From Deltaproteobacteria bacterium (GTDB lineage Bacteria > Desulfobacterota > WTBG01 > JAGOGO01): a stretch of 64,000 bases of DNA. The stretch lies in the NCBI GenBank assembly GCA_017996625.1, contig JAGOGO010000002.1, positions 1,017 through 65,016 on the forward strand, written 5' to 3'. Below the pieces are notes generated by a model. It searched no databases, was not told the origin of the DNA, and saw nothing but the letters and a program-made list of their open reading frames with translations. Each line of letters starts with the position of its first letter. Positions within the stretch are counted from its first letter, which is position 1. A program made the position numbers and the translations under genes. Shown here piece by piece: positions 10,566-20,609 of this stretch.

Positions 10566-10775
10566 ATGGTTAGAGAATTCAGCGTGGTGATTGAAAAAGA
10601 TGAAGACGGGTATTTTGTTGCTTCAGTACCATCTTTGAGAGGATGTCATACGCAGGCAAAATCACTTGATATCCTCATAAAAAGAGTTAAAGAAGCAATC
10701 GAACTCTGTCTTGAAGTTGAAGAACCCGCCCCAACCGAATTCATCGGCGTCCAGCGTGTGGCGGTTAATTCTTGA
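10566..10775 (+). CDS. hicB: HicB-family antitoxin
   Basis: MVREFSVVIEKDEDGYFVASVPSLRGCHTQAKSLDILIKRVKEAIELCLE matches the HicB/UPF0150 N-terminal fold motif (VIEKDEDG.Y.A.VP.L.GC...G.T.EEA). Confidence 0.75.
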   Translation: MVREFSVVIEKDEDGYFVASVPSLRGCHTQAKSLDILIKRVKEAIELCLEVEEPAPTEFIGVQRVAVNS

Positions 10776-10996
10776 GCACCCTTCCAGCTGTTACAGGAAA
10801 TCGTCTCATTAAAGCCCTCAAGAAGTTGGGCTTTGATGTTGTCCGCACAAAGGGCAGCCATCATTTCCTCAAACACCCAGATGGCAGATGTACAATTGTT
10901 CCTTCACACGCAGGTGAGAGTGTTGGCCGGGGGCTTATGGCTCAGATTATGCGTGATTGTGAGATAACAGCAGAAGACCTGAAGAAAATCTTATAA
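10772..10996 (+). CDS. hicA: HicA-family mRNA interferase toxin
   Basis: LIKALKKLGFDVVRTKGSHHFLKHPDGRCTIVPSH matches the HicA (YcfA) motif G.E.iK.L...G....R..GSHH...HP. It overlaps hicB by 4 bp. The antitoxin-first order is the less common arrangement. Confidence 0.7.
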   Translation: MSTLPAVTGNRLIKALKKLGFDVVRTKGSHHFLKHPDGRCTIVPSHAGESVGRGLMAQIMRDCEITAEDLKKIL

Positions 10997-11148
10997 GCGT
11001 AGCATAGTCGAACATAGTCGGGTCATACCAGGGCAAGCGAGGTAGCCCGGATGGAGCGAAGTGGAATCCGGGACAACCAAACAATCATAACTGAAGCCAT
11101 GGTCAATTACCGCCGAGTCCGTAGGTTCTTAGCGCACAGCGCGCCAGT

Positions 11149-11239
11149 ACGGAGAGGGTGGGATTCGAACCCACGTACCCCGGGTTAGGGGGTAAGCCGA
11201 TTTCGAGTCGGCCCCGTTACGACCACTTCGGTACCTCTC
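11149..11239 (-). tRNA. tRNA-Ser (anticodon CGA), 91 nt with long variable arm
   Basis: Reverse complement reads GGAGAGGTACCGAAGTGGTCGTAACGGG GCCGA CTCGAAA TCGGC TTACCCCCTAACCCGGGGTAC GTGGGTTCGAATCCCAC CCTCTCC G. This gives a 7 bp acceptor stem, anticodon loop CU-CGA-AA, T-loop GTTCGAATC and a class II variable arm. Confidence 0.8.
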
Positions 11240-11394
11240 CTGCAGAGCGTTGGAAAATGCCCATCTGCTGCGTTATGCTTATTCCTCGTCACTGCGGCGT
11301 ACTACTCTGTACGCCTCATTCCTCGGATTTGCGCAAGCCTTGCATATGGCCATTTTTGAACACTCTGCCACAAGATGCTATTCTTAGAGAAATA

Positions 11395-11913
11395 CTAAGT
11401 CTCCGACGTTTCGTCGTCTAAGATATAGACCGGCGATTCAATCTTCTGTTCTTCTTTGCAGCCTCTTCGCTCACGAAAGAAGCTTTGCATGATCTCGGCG
11501 CATTCGGATTCCAGCACTCCGGACGTTACGAACAGCCGATGATTCAGCCGCTCATCACCACCGATCCGGTATAGCGACTGCAACGCTCCCCACTTTTCAT
11601 CGTATGCGCCGAAGATCACCTCCGAAATCCGGGCGTGAATCATCGCGCCAGCGCACATGATGCAGGGTTCGACAGTAACGTATATCTGAGCATCGTTCAG
11701 GCGGTAATTTCCAACCGCTTCCGCTGCCTGGCGGAGAGCGAGAATCTCTGCATGCGCGGTCGGATCGTTTCTGGCAATTGTCTCGTTGTGCGCCTTAGCC
11801 AGCAGATTTCCGTCACCATCCACAATCACGGCACCAATCGGCACTTCGCCCATTTCATAGGCTTTCCAGGCTTCCTTCAGAGCTATCCGCATGTAGGTAT
11901 CATGTGAATGCAT
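11395..11913 (-). CDS. tadA: tRNA-specific adenosine deaminase
   Basis: HAEILALRQAA and VTVEPCIMCAGAM are the CDA-fold zinc-binding motifs (H.E, PC..C). Length is about 172 aa from M8 of the 179 aa ORF. Confidence 0.85.
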   Translation of the reverse strand: MHSHDTYMRIALKEAWKAYEMGEVPIGAVIVDGDGNLLAKAHNETIARNDPTAHAEILALRQAAEAVGNYRLNDAQIYVTVEPCIMCAGAMIHARISEVIFGAYDEKWGALQSLYRIGGDERLNHRLFVTSGVLESECAEIMQSFFRERRGCKEEQKIESPVYILDDETSET

Positions 11914-12109
11914 AGGTGCGTGCTGCCGCCTCAATCTGCCTGGTACATACTCATTCGCGACGTTCCGCCGAGAAGTGTAATAATACCTAAATGCATTTTA
12001 AATATCCATAAAAAATCAGCTGCAACCCAAATCCGCCATCTAATACACGGTTGCCTTTGCAAGTCGGTTGGTTAGCTACTTTCCCTGATCACCAAGAAAG
12101 TACGAGATG

Positions 12110-12895
12110 CAAGGCGCCGAGGAGCGATCCCGCGCCACGCGGGCTGCGCTTCAGCTCTTTATCCCCCGCGAAGCGGGACGAAGCGGGACAGATCGTGCTT
12201 TGATGTTGATTCAGAGTGCAATCTTTTCCCTTTTCAAGCATAGCTGATCACAGTACACTAGTTGATAATTCAAGATTGATGGCATCGTAAAAAGCGCCAG
12301 TAAGCCGCGTGGCGGCAACCTATGAGCAACGAAGTGATGCCCACTTCGTTGGAAGTATCCGCTCTCGTCATTTTGTCATCCCCGCGTAGGCGGGGATCCA
12401 GGAGTTCTGCATGGTTATGGACTCCCGCCGGAGTCCATCCCCGCGTAGGCGGGGACGGGAGTGACGGCTTTTGGACTTTTTACGAGTCCATCAAGATTCA
12501 AGGTTCAAAATTCGAAGTACAGTGAAGAGTGAGGAGTGAAAAGTAAGAAGTACTAAGACAATGGCCGATTCGTGCCTATTCGTTCTTACTCCTAACTCCT
12601 CGTATGAAACTTGACGATAGTTCGTCATTCCTCACTTCGCTCGGTGGATAAAGAGCTGATGCGCAACTTGCGCGGGCGGGAATCCAGTATTGTGGACAGT
12701 AGGCACTAGTACTGAAGCCTCGCTTGCTGCCAAAGAGCTCCTTTTCGATTCTCTTGATAATGGAAGCGCTTCACTTCCTGGATTCCCGCCTGCGCGGGAA
12801 TGACAGTAAAGAGTTTCCGCTTCGATCAACCTGGGCCCGAAGGCGCCCAGAGGCTTTCGCTCACTCTTTACTCCTTACTGTTTCACCGTAAACTC
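12110..12895. repeat. ~0.8 kb intergenic region composed almost entirely of MITE/REP-like units (families 1, 2 and 3)
   Basis: Family 1 copies: 12375-12401 (GTCATCCCCGCGTAGGCGGGGATCCAG), 12437-12456, 12678-12700, inverse copy 12778-12804. Family 2: 12125-12190 and inverse 12627-12660 (cacttcgctcggtggataaagagctg). Family 3: 12829-12895 (caacctgggcccgaaggcgcccagaggctttcgctcactctttactccttactg). Also AG-rich gtgaagagtgaggagtgaaaagtaagaagtactaag at 12522-12557. Confidence 0.85.
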
Positions 12896-12912
12896 CTATC
12901 CCATTTGAGTCG

Positions 12913-13740
12913 ATGATCATCAGCGCCAGCCGACGCACCGATATTCCAGCTTTTTATACCTCCTGGTTCATGGAACGAATCCGGGAAGGCTTCGTGATAG
13001 TTAAAAACCCCTTCAATCCTACTCAGCGTAAGCGCGTCAGCCTGCTTCCGCAGGACGTGGATGTGATTGTTTTCTGGACCAGAAATGCTGCTCCGCTGTT
13101 CCCTTATCTCGACGAACTCGATCAGGCCGGGTACCGTTATGTTTTTCTCTATACCATTACCGGATACGGCCCGCCTCTGGAAACACACTGTCCGGCATTG
13201 GAGCGGGTTCTGGAAACCTTTCAGGACCTGAGCCGGCGCATCGGCAGCCGGCGAATAATCTGGCGCTTTGACCCGATCGTTTACCTGGATGGTCAAGGAG
13301 AGGAGCTGCTGATCAGCCGCTTTGATCAGATCGCCCGCTCTCTTTCCGGGTATACTGAACGAGTAATTATCAGTTTTTTGGATTTCTACCGCAAAGTGAC
13401 GAGGCGCCTGCAGATGCTTGCCGATACAACCGGCCTGAAGGTCATCGACGTGAGCGAGAATCCGCTGATTACTCGGCGAATCGGCTGCGCCTTGGCTGGC
13501 CTGGCCGAGAAAAATCATATGTCCATTACCAGTTGTGCGGAAAAGGCAGATCTAAGCGGAAGCGGCATCCTAGCCGGAAGTTGCATCGACGCTCCCTGGC
13601 TCAATGATGTTTTCGGACTCAGCTTGTCTCCCGCAAAGGACAAAACCCAGCGATCCCGCTGTCGCTGTGCCCCCAGTCAGGATATCGGCCGCTACAACAC
13701 CTGTGGCCACGGGTGTGTGTACTGCTACGCAATTCGATGA
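12913..13740 (+). CDS. DUF1848 domain protein
   Basis: N-terminus MIISASRRTDIPAFYTSWFMERIREG and C-terminal Cys cluster (CRCAPS...CGHGCVYCYA), as I recall for the DUF1848 family. Confidence 0.5.
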   Translation: MIISASRRTDIPAFYTSWFMERIREGFVIVKNPFNPTQRKRVSLLPQDVDVIVFWTRNAAPLFPYLDELDQAGYRYVFLYTITGYGPPLETHCPALERVLETFQDLSRRIGSRRIIWRFDPIVYLDGQGEELLISRFDQIARSLSGYTERVIISFLDFYRKVTRRLQMLADTTGLKVIDVSENPLITRRIGCALAGLAEKNHMSITSCAEKADLSGSGILAGSCIDAPWLNDVFGLSLSPAKDKTQRSRCRCAPSQDIGRYNTCGHGCVYCYAIR

Positions 13741-14076
13741 TCCACCCAGGTATTACGAAAAGGTTTCTAGGGGCAGACACGCAGGTCTGCCCCTACGCCG
13801 GTTTCGATCGAGGAACGGGGAGTTCATGTCTTGCCCGGAATCCCCGGGTTTCGCTCTACCCAGGCTTCTATGAGCTCGATCTCAGCCGTCGGCGCAGAGG
13901 ACGCAGGGAGGAGTTTAGCAGATGCTGCCCTGCTATGGTCCAGCCGTGATTTGTGCTTGACTTTAGCGCTCTTTCCTTATACCTATAAGATTCTTTTCGA
14001 AAAAGGCAGCAACCAGCGGACGAGCGTTTTCGGAAGCAATGCAATCTGTTTTTTTGTTTTGAGAGGGCCAGATACT

Positions 14077-15246
14077 ATGATCAGAGTTGATAAAGCACGA
14101 CGAATTAAGGAATTGCCTCCTTACTTGTTCGCCAAACTGGATGCAGTAAAAGAAGAACAGGTTGCGAAGGGTGTCGATGTTATTGACCTGACTATCGGCG
14201 ATCCCGATTTGCCGACTCCTGGCCCGATCATCTCCCACATGAAACAAGCTCTTGATAATCCTGAGCATCATCGCTATCCTTCCTATGTCGGCATGATGGC
14301 TTTGCGTAAGGCTGTTGCCGAGTGGTATTGGAAGCGATTCAGCATCCGTCTCGATCCTCAAAAAGAGGTCATCATCCTCATCGGTTCAAAAGAGGGGATT
14401 GCTCATATTCCTCTTGCTTTTATCGATCCGGGTGATTACGGATTGATTCCTGATCCGGGATACCCGGTTTACCGCACCTCCACGTTATTTGCTGGTGGGC
14501 AGCCTTTTTTTATGCCCTTGACGAGAGCAAATCAGTATCAGCCTGATCTCACCGCGATTCCGGTGTCAGTTGCTGAAAACGCAAAACTCATTTTTTTCAA
14601 TTATCCCAATAACCCGACTGCCGCGACTGCCGAATCGCCTTTTTTTGAGGAAATGGTTCAGTTCTGTGAAAGGCACAACATCATTGCCTGCCATGATGCC
14701 GCATATACGGAGGTGTATTACGATGGTTATAAGCCGAGTAGCTTTTTGGAAGTTCCGGGAGCAAAAGAGGTCGGCATAGAATTCCATTCCTTTTCTAAAA
14801 CATTCAACATGACGGGATGGCGTCTCGGATTTGCGGTAGGGAATGCGGACGTTATTGCCGGACTCGGTCAGATCAAAACCAATATTGACTCCGGTGCGTT
14901 TCAAGCAGTTCAGGAAGCCGGTATTTTTGCTCTTTCCCAGGACCCGTCTGCCTCTGATGATCTGAGAAAAACGTATCAGGAGCGACGGGATATCCTCATA
15001 GCCGGCCTGCGGAAACGAGGACTGACGGTTGACTCTCCCCGAGCAACGTTCTATGTCTGGATGCCGGTTCCCGGCGGATTTACATCTATGGATTTTACCA
15101 CCCTGGTACTCGATAAGACCGGTGTACTCATCACGCCGGGAAATGGCTTCGGTTCAAATGGCGAAGGTTTTGTCCGCTTTTCGCTCACTGCTCCGACCGA
15201 GCGGATCAAAGAGGCGGTGGACCGCCTTGCTTCGATATCCTTTTGA
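14077..15246 (+). CDS. dapL: LL-diaminopimelate aminotransferase (class I/II aminotransferase, DapL-like)
   Basis: Start at ATG 14077 (RBS GAGAGGG). IKELPPYLFAKLDAVKEE, the PLP-lysine motif SFSKTFNMTGWRLGF and overall length of about 390 aa fit DapL. The N-terminal extension in the ORF track has no support. Confidence 0.75.
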   Translation: MIRVDKARRIKELPPYLFAKLDAVKEEQVAKGVDVIDLTIGDPDLPTPGPIISHMKQALDNPEHHRYPSYVGMMALRKAVAEWYWKRFSIRLDPQKEVIILIGSKEGIAHIPLAFIDPGDYGLIPDPGYPVYRTSTLFAGGQPFFMPLTRANQYQPDLTAIPVSVAENAKLIFFNYPNNPTAATAESPFFEEMVQFCERHNIIACHDAAYTEVYYDGYKPSSFLEVPGAKEVGIEFHSFSKTFNMTGWRLGFAVGNADVIAGLGQIKTNIDSGAFQAVQEAGIFALSQDPSASDDLRKTYQERRDILIAGLRKRGLTVDSPRATFYVWMPVPGGFTSMDFTTLVLDKTGVLITPGNGFGSNGEGFVRFSLTAPTERIKEAVDRLASISF

Positions 15247-15737
15247 TGACAGAACTGGTATACATCGGTATAGGATCAAATATTGGAAATCGAATTCAGA
15301 ACTGCCAGCAAGCACTGATCACCCTTGTCGAGTGTACCGGAGGATCACTGAGACGTCGGTCGTCCTGGTACCAGACCCAGCCTTGGGGACGGGAAGATCA
15401 GGAGGATTTTGTCAATGGAGCAGCTGAGATCGAAATGGCGGTTTCACCGCGTCAACTCCTGAAGGCGTGTCAGGAGATCGAACGCCTGATGGGCCGGCGG
15501 GATAGCATCCGCTGGGGTCCGAGGATTATCGATCTGGATATCCTCTTGTACGGAGACTGCATCGTGCGGTCACCGGACCTGGAAATACCTCATCCCCGAC
15601 TCCATCTGCGAAACTTCGTGCTTATTCCTTTAGAGGAGATCGCACCCGATCTGCTGCATCCGGTATTCAAAAAAACGATTCACACCCTGTGCTCTGGTGT
15701 CACGGACAGAAAACAAGTGCTGAAAATTATGGAATGA
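15243..15737 (+). CDS. folK: 2-amino-4-hydroxy-6-hydroxymethyldihydropteridine pyrophosphokinase (HPPK)
   Basis: VYIGIGSNIGNR...SSWYQTQPWGREDQEDFVN...RWGPRIIDLDILLYG...IPHPRLHLRNFVLIPLEEIAPD are the canonical HPPK motifs. The start overlaps the dapL stop. Confidence 0.85.
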   Translation: MMTELVYIGIGSNIGNRIQNCQQALITLVECTGGSLRRRSSWYQTQPWGREDQEDFVNGAAEIEMAVSPRQLLKACQEIERLMGRRDSIRWGPRIIDLDILLYGDCIVRSPDLEIPHPRLHLRNFVLIPLEEIAPDLLHPVFKKTIHTLCSGVTDRKQVLKIME

Positions 15738-15741
15738 TGCC

Positions 15742-15996
15742 ATGTTGATGCGTTTGCTTCTGCTTGCGATCCTAATTTTTATCGTCGTGCGACTTTTGCG
15801 TTCTCTATCGTCCTCTGGCTCCCGTACCTTCCGGCGCTCGGGACCTGATCGGTCCAGCCAGGTAAGCGATATGGTTCAGGACCCGCACTGTGGTGTCTAT
15901 ATTGCACGAAAAGATGCATTTCCCGGCCGTACCAGAAATGGCATAGTATTTTTCTGCAGCGAAGAATGCTACCGGAAATATCTACAGAAAGAGTGA
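15742..15996 (+). CDS. small membrane protein with C-terminal zinc-ribbon/TRASH-like motif
   Basis: N-terminal TM helix LLLLAILIFIVVRLL, then HCGVYIA...FFCSEECYRKY (C-x-x-C...CS-x-x-C). Confidence 0.4.
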   Translation: MLMRLLLLAILIFIVVRLLRSLSSSGSRTFRRSGPDRSSQVSDMVQDPHCGVYIARKDAFPGRTRNGIVFFCSEECYRKYLQKE

Positions 15997-16102
15997 TCGC
16001 GGCCTGGAGCAGTGACATTCGCTCCACATTCCATCGCCGCAATTTCATATATGGTTTTCCCGGAGACAACGATCTGCTCAGTACTAAACTAAGGAGGCAT
16101 TC

Positions 16103-16750
16103 ATGAAATTCTTCATCGACACCGCTGACATTAATGAAATCCGTACCGCGGTCAGTTACGGGCTTATCGACGGCGTCACCACCAATCCCAGCTTAGTCGC
16201 CAAGACCGGCAAGGACCTGAACACAGTGCTGAATGAGATTTGCGCGGTCGTTAATGGCCCCATCAGCGCTGAAGTGGTCAGCACCGATGCCGAAGGCATG
16301 ATCGCAGAAGGAAGAAAGCTGGCAGGGATCAACAACTGTATCGTGATCAAAGTTCCTATGACACTCGAAGGCCTCAAGGCAACCAGAGTTCTCTCGGAGG
16401 AACAAATCGGCGTCAATGTCACGCTGGTTTTTTCTCCAATTCAGGCGCTTATGGCTGCCAAGGCAGGAGCAGCCTACGTCAGTCCTTTCATCGGCCGACT
16501 GGATGATATCGGACAGGCAGGAATGGATCTGGTCGAGCAGACGCTTACAATTTTTGACAATTACAGCATTGATACGGAAATCATCGTGGCCAGCATCCGC
16601 AACCCCGTGCATGTCTTGGAAGCTGCACTCCTCGGAGCGGATATTGCAACCATTCCTTTTTCCGTGATCAATCAGCTGGCCAAGCACCCACTCACTGACA
16701 TCGGCTTGCAGCGTTTCCTGGAAGACTGGAAGAAAGTACCACAGAAATGA
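16103..16750 (+). CDS. tal: transaldolase / fructose-6-phosphate aldolase (short type 3B)
   Basis: [13 protein letters not shown]...GVTTNPSL...[12 protein letters not shown]...VNVTLVFS... with the Schiff-base lysine in IKVP. 215 aa. Confidence 0.85.
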   Translation: MKFFIDTADINEIRTAVSYGLIDGVTTNPSLVAKTGKDLNTVLNEICAVVNGPISAEVVSTDAEGMIAEGRKLAGINNCIVIKVPMTLEGLKATRVLSEEQIGVNVTLVFSPIQALMAAKAGAAYVSPFIGRLDDIGQAGMDLVEQTLTIFDNYSIDTEIIVASIRNPVHVLEAALLGADIATIPFSVINQLAKHPLTDIGLQRFLEDWKKVPQK

Positions 16751-16859
16751 CGACAGCTACTGTCTGTCACAGACGGTATAAATGGTAGATTCTGGGCTGC
16801 GAGTTGCGGATACGGAGATGAAACAGGATGGTACGGGTTACGAGTTTCGGGTTGCACGT

Positions 16860-16995
16860 TCGTGTTTCAGTATGAACTCGCAATCCCGCGCAACGCGGGC
16901 TGCACTCTAGCTCTATATCCCCGCCGAAGCTGGCAAGTTACTAACCGTCATTCCCGCGCAGGCGGGAATCCAGCAGGATGTAGGGTGCGCCGTGC
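16860..16995. repeat. MITE/REP cluster (family 2-like module plus family 1 hairpin plus terminal palindrome)
   Basis: caATCCCGCGCAACGCGGGctgcactctagctctatatccccgccgaagc at 16880-16930 is a degenerate copy of 12125-12175. GTCATTCCCGCGCAGGCGGGAATCCAG sits at 16947-16973. GTGCGCCGTGCGCAC palindrome at 16981-16995. Confidence 0.8.
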
Positions 16996-17215
16996 GCACC
17001 ATTCATCACTAGTTCTCATCAATTGGTGCACACAGTGAACCCTACAATTCTTTTCAACCAACGGAAAACGAATGCTAACGGTGAACCCACAACTAGCTAG
17101 CTACCCCGCCATGGGCGTGCCGCAGCGCGTATCAAAGGTAACAATTGAGACCACAACGCGCCACCGTGGAAAACTGATCGCTTCGATGACTCGTGTTCCA
17201 CTTTCACGATTCCCT

Positions 17216-17527
17216 TTACTTGAACAACTTTGCTATGCCGCCAATCAAGCTCCCACTATCTTTTTCCGCGCCGACATGCTCAAGTTCTCCAGGATCCAGC
17301 CAGACTCCCCCGCAGGTCGGGCATTCATCAATTACGATATCCTTGTACCGGATCTCGGTCAGTTCCATACCGCACTTGGGGCAACGCATGTAGTGCAGCT
17401 CTTTGAGGCGTTGTTTGTCTGCCTCATTCATCTTAGCGCGTTCTTGTTCAGCAAGTTTCTTTTTCTTTTCCAGTTCCTGGCGGATGAAGTATTCTTCTTC
17501 TTTTTCTGTCGGTTTTACCGGGCTCAT
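17216..17527 (-). CDS. zinc-ribbon protein (TFIIB-type zf, CPxCG...CxxCGGVWLD)
   Basis: Start ATG 17527 (RBS AGGAG). A lysine/glutamate-rich coiled coil is followed by MRCPKCGMEL...IDECPTCGGVWLDPGEL. Confidence 0.5.
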   Translation of the reverse strand: MSPVKPTEKEEEYFIRQELEKKKKLAEQERAKMNEADKQRLKELHYMRCPKCGMELTEIRYKDIVIDECPTCGGVWLDPGELEHVGAEKDSGSLIGGIAKLFK

Positions 17528-17735
17528 TGCTCTTTGTCTCCTTTCCTCTCTAAGAATGAATATCCACAGCACCTGTTACGTCATTAATCAAGCTAGCCGG
17601 TTACGCCAGCAGATTCCCATGATACTATACAGAAAGCGCCTGAAAACTCAAGCGGAAAGTGAAACTGAAGTCCATTGTTCCATTATTGTCTTTCTCCCTT
17701 GACCAATTTCCCATTCACCATTTCTCCATCCTTTC

Positions 17736-17760
17736 GGTGAACGGTCAACGGACAACGGTG
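17736..17760. repeat. family 4 repeat GGTGAACGGTCAACGGACAACGGTG (also at 36178-36209 and inverted at 35875-35898)
   Basis: Direct sequence identity. The upstream flank ccaatttcccattcaccatttctccatcctttc (17701-17735) resembles 37494-37528. Confidence 0.7.
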
Positions 17761-17765
17761 CATGT

Positions 17766-20249
17766 CTACAGCAGATTGACGGGATCGATATCGATCGACA
17801 TGCTTACTCCTGATCTCCTGGTACGCGGTGCCAGGGATTCAATCACTTTTTTGGTAAAGCGATGCAAAACCTGTCGGTTGCCGCTTTTGAAAAGCATCTG
17901 CCATCGATACTTTCCCTGAAGCTTTTCCCATGGCGCTTCCGCCGGTCCCAGAATTTCCACCGTCCCGGCCACCATCGAATCTTCTTCGAGCAACTTCCGG
18001 CATCCGTTTCCCACCTCGAGAGCATAGGCAGCGGTGAGTTCAGCATCATTTCCCGCCATTCGGACATTTACCATGCGGGCAAATGGCGGATAGTTCAGAT
18101 CAAGCCGTTGCTCCAACTCCTGTTTTACGAATTCATGGTAATCGTGTTTCACCGCCATTTGAATACTAGAGCAAGACGGATTATACGTCTGAATGATCAC
18201 CTGTCCCGGGATCTCACCGCGGCCGGAGCGGCCTGCTACCTGCGTAAACAGATGAAAGCTTCTTTCGTTGGCACGAAAATCGGGGAAGTTGAGTGATGCG
18301 TCCGCGGCCACTATACCAACCAGCGTGACCTTGGGAAGATCGTGCCCGAGGGCAATCATCTGCGTCCCTATGAGCACATCGGTCTCTCCCTGACGAAAGC
18401 GCTTCAGGATTGTAAAAAGCGCATTTCTGCGTGCAACAGTATCCCGATCAAGCCGGGCCACGCGTATTCCGGGAAAGAGCTTATGCATCTCAGTTTCCAG
18501 CCGCTCAGTACCAAAACCCATGACACTCAGCTTGCTGCTCCCGCAATCCGGACATACGGCCGGAAGCTTCTGGCCGTAACCGCAGTAATGGCATCTGAGC
18601 CGGCGCTCCTGCTGATGGTATACCAGAGAGACGGCACAATGAGCACACCGGAAGGTGAAACTGCACTGGCGGCACAGTACGAAGCGGGCAAAGCCCCTGC
18701 GATTGAGAAAAAGCAATGTCTGTTGGCCGGCCTGCAAGCGGGCCCGAATTGCCTCACGCAATGCGGAAGACACCATCGTCCCTGGTGGTTCAGTCCGCAT
18801 GTCGACGACCTCCACCTGAGGAAGCTGTCGATTGTCTACGCGGCTTGAAAGCATAAGGTAGCGGAGTTTTCCGGTTTGAGCATTATAGTATGTCTCGACC
18901 ATCGGAGTCGCTGATCCCAAAACAACAACCGACTGATTCATCGTTCCTCGTACAAGCGCCAAATCCCGGGCATTGTACCTGACCCGGCTATCCTGTTTGT
19001 AGGCAGCATCGTGCTCCTCATCCACCACGATGATTCCGAGATCCTTCACCGGAGCAAAAATTGCGGAGCGCGCTCCGATGACAATGGTTGCTTCGCCGTT
19101 TTTAATGCGCCGCCATTCATCGAATCGCTCTCCCTGAGATAAGCCTGAATGAACCTGAGCGACTCGATTACCGAAACGAGCCATAAAGATACCGATAAGC
19201 TGCGGTGTCAGCGAGATCTCCGGAACCAGAACGATCGCGCTGCGCCCGGTTCGAATAGCTTCACTGATGGCGCGCAGGTACACTTCGGTTTTTCCGCTTC
19301 CAGTAACCCCATGGAGCAGAAAGGCTGCGTACGCGTTCTTGTGAATAGCGGGAATAATTTGCTGCAGCGCTGCTTCCTGATCTGTCGTCAGCTCAAAAGT
19401 CGCACCATGTCCATACGCATCGCCACTAACAGGAACTCGATACATTTCCCGGGCTGAAGTCGTCAGAAATCCCTTTTTCTCAAGCAGCCGGAGAATCGAC
19501 TGCGACTTCCTGCCCCATTGAGCCTGCACATCCCTCTGCGTTGCTACTTCTTTCCGGTAAAGCCATTTCATGATTGTAAATTGACTGGGAGCCCGGCGGC
19601 GGAGCTGCTTCCACTGGCCACAGGAAAGAGTGGAGAGAATTTCGGCATTCAGATGAAACATTTTTTCGCGGCGCACTTGTACGGGCTGGCGGCGCTGAGT
19701 CTGAACGCAGCTGATGAGCGATGTATCCAGCAGCCAGGAGATAAGCGAGTTCAATGAGGCAGTAGAGTGCATTTTCTTCAGGCTTGAAAGCGGAACACAC
19801 CTTTTCCCGGCCAACAAACGAAGCAGATCCAGAGCTTCTGCAGGTGCACGGCCTTCGCGAAAACATGCTTCACCCTGTGGAGTAACACAGACGTGCTTCA
19901 CTGTCGCCAGGTTGATCCCTGCCGGCAATGCCTGTTTGATTACTTCTCCCAGTGGTGAACAATAGTACGAGGATATCCAGAGAAAAAAGGTGAGTTCGGC
20001 AGGTGTGAACAACGGATAGCGGTCGAGCACTTGTTCAATGTACTTCAGATCACCCGCAGCCGAGGCACCGAATACAGCCACCACGTAACCGGTAACCATT
20101 CGCTGGCCCAAGGGAACCAGAACCCTGCTCCCGACAGCCAGACATCCGGATAAGGACTCCGGAATGATGTAATGCAGTGTCTTCGTTAACGGAACCGCAG
20201 GAGCAACTTCAGCAAGGATGATTTCGGATTGATCATGTCCACTGTGCAT
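17766..20249 (-). CDS. priA: primosomal protein N' (replication restart helicase)
   Basis: 827 aa. Walker A LHGVTGSGKTEVYL, DEEHD box (IVVDEEHD), C4 zinc-binding cysteine cluster (CRQCSFTFRCAHCAVSL...CHYCGY...CPDCGS), helicase C-terminal domain. Confidence 0.9.
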   Translation of the reverse strand: MHSGHDQSEIILAEVAPAVPLTKTLHYIIPESLSGCLAVGSRVLVPLGQRMVTGYVVAVFGASAAGDLKYIEQVLDRYPLFTPAELTFFLWISSYYCSPLGEVIKQALPAGINLATVKHVCVTPQGEACFREGRAPAEALDLLRLLAGKRCVPLSSLKKMHSTASLNSLISWLLDTSLISCVQTQRRQPVQVRREKMFHLNAEILSTLSCGQWKQLRRRAPSQFTIMKWLYRKEVATQRDVQAQWGRKSQSILRLLEKKGFLTTSAREMYRVPVSGDAYGHGATFELTTDQEAALQQIIPAIHKNAYAAFLLHGVTGSGKTEVYLRAISEAIRTGRSAIVLVPEISLTPQLIGIFMARFGNRVAQVHSGLSQGERFDEWRRIKNGEATIVIGARSAIFAPVKDLGIIVVDEEHDAAYKQDSRVRYNARDLALVRGTMNQSVVVLGSATPMVETYYNAQTGKLRYLMLSSRVDNRQLPQVEVVDMRTEPPGTMVSSALREAIRARLQAGQQTLLFLNRRGFARFVLCRQCSFTFRCAHCAVSLVYHQQERRLRCHYCGYGQKLPAVCPDCGSSKLSVMGFGTERLETEMHKLFPGIRVARLDRDTVARRNALFTILKRFRQGETDVLIGTQMIALGHDLPKVTLVGIVAADASLNFPDFRANERSFHLFTQVAGRSGRGEIPGQVIIQTYNPSCSSIQMAVKHDYHEFVKQELEQRLDLNYPPFARMVNVRMAGNDAELTAAYALEVGNGCRKLLEEDSMVAGTVEILGPAEAPWEKLQGKYRWQMLFKSGNRQVLHRFTKKVIESLAPRTRRSGVSMSIDIDPVNLL

Positions 20250-20609
20250 AGCCGGGTACGCGGAAAAAGGAAGGTCTTCACGTCGATATCAACAGCGCTC
20301 TGACAAATAAAACCTGCCTTCTGGTAGTTTGTCAATCGAAATCTTTCCGCGGCCTGCATCAGTGGGCAGATAGTACGCCTCATTAGATCCCGGCAGGTGA
20401 TAAGCGTGGAGGATGGGAGCAAAGAGCATGGAACAACGGAGCACGATTTTCTCGTCTACTACCCACATTCACGCTCGGGAAAAAACCTTAAACTCTTTCC
20501 CTGCGCCCTCCGCCCTTCGGCTGGCTCAGGGTAAACTCCCTTTGCGCGAGCTTCAGGGTGGGCAATGAGGGCGTATACTTCTAACTCCTCACTCCTTACT
20601 CCTCACTGT

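Noticed and set aside
11149-11239. possibility that the long-arm tRNA is tRNA-Sec supporting the rhodanese UGA
   Set aside because: The anticodon loop reads CU-CGA-AA, giving Ser (UCG). It is not UCA, and the acceptor stem is 7 bp rather than the 8 bp of bacterial tRNA-Sec.
13831-14076. 82-codon N-terminal extension of dapL in the ORF track
   Set aside because: It would overlap the DUF1848 gene 3' end and has no RBS. A proper RBS and the conserved DapL N-terminus begin at 14077.
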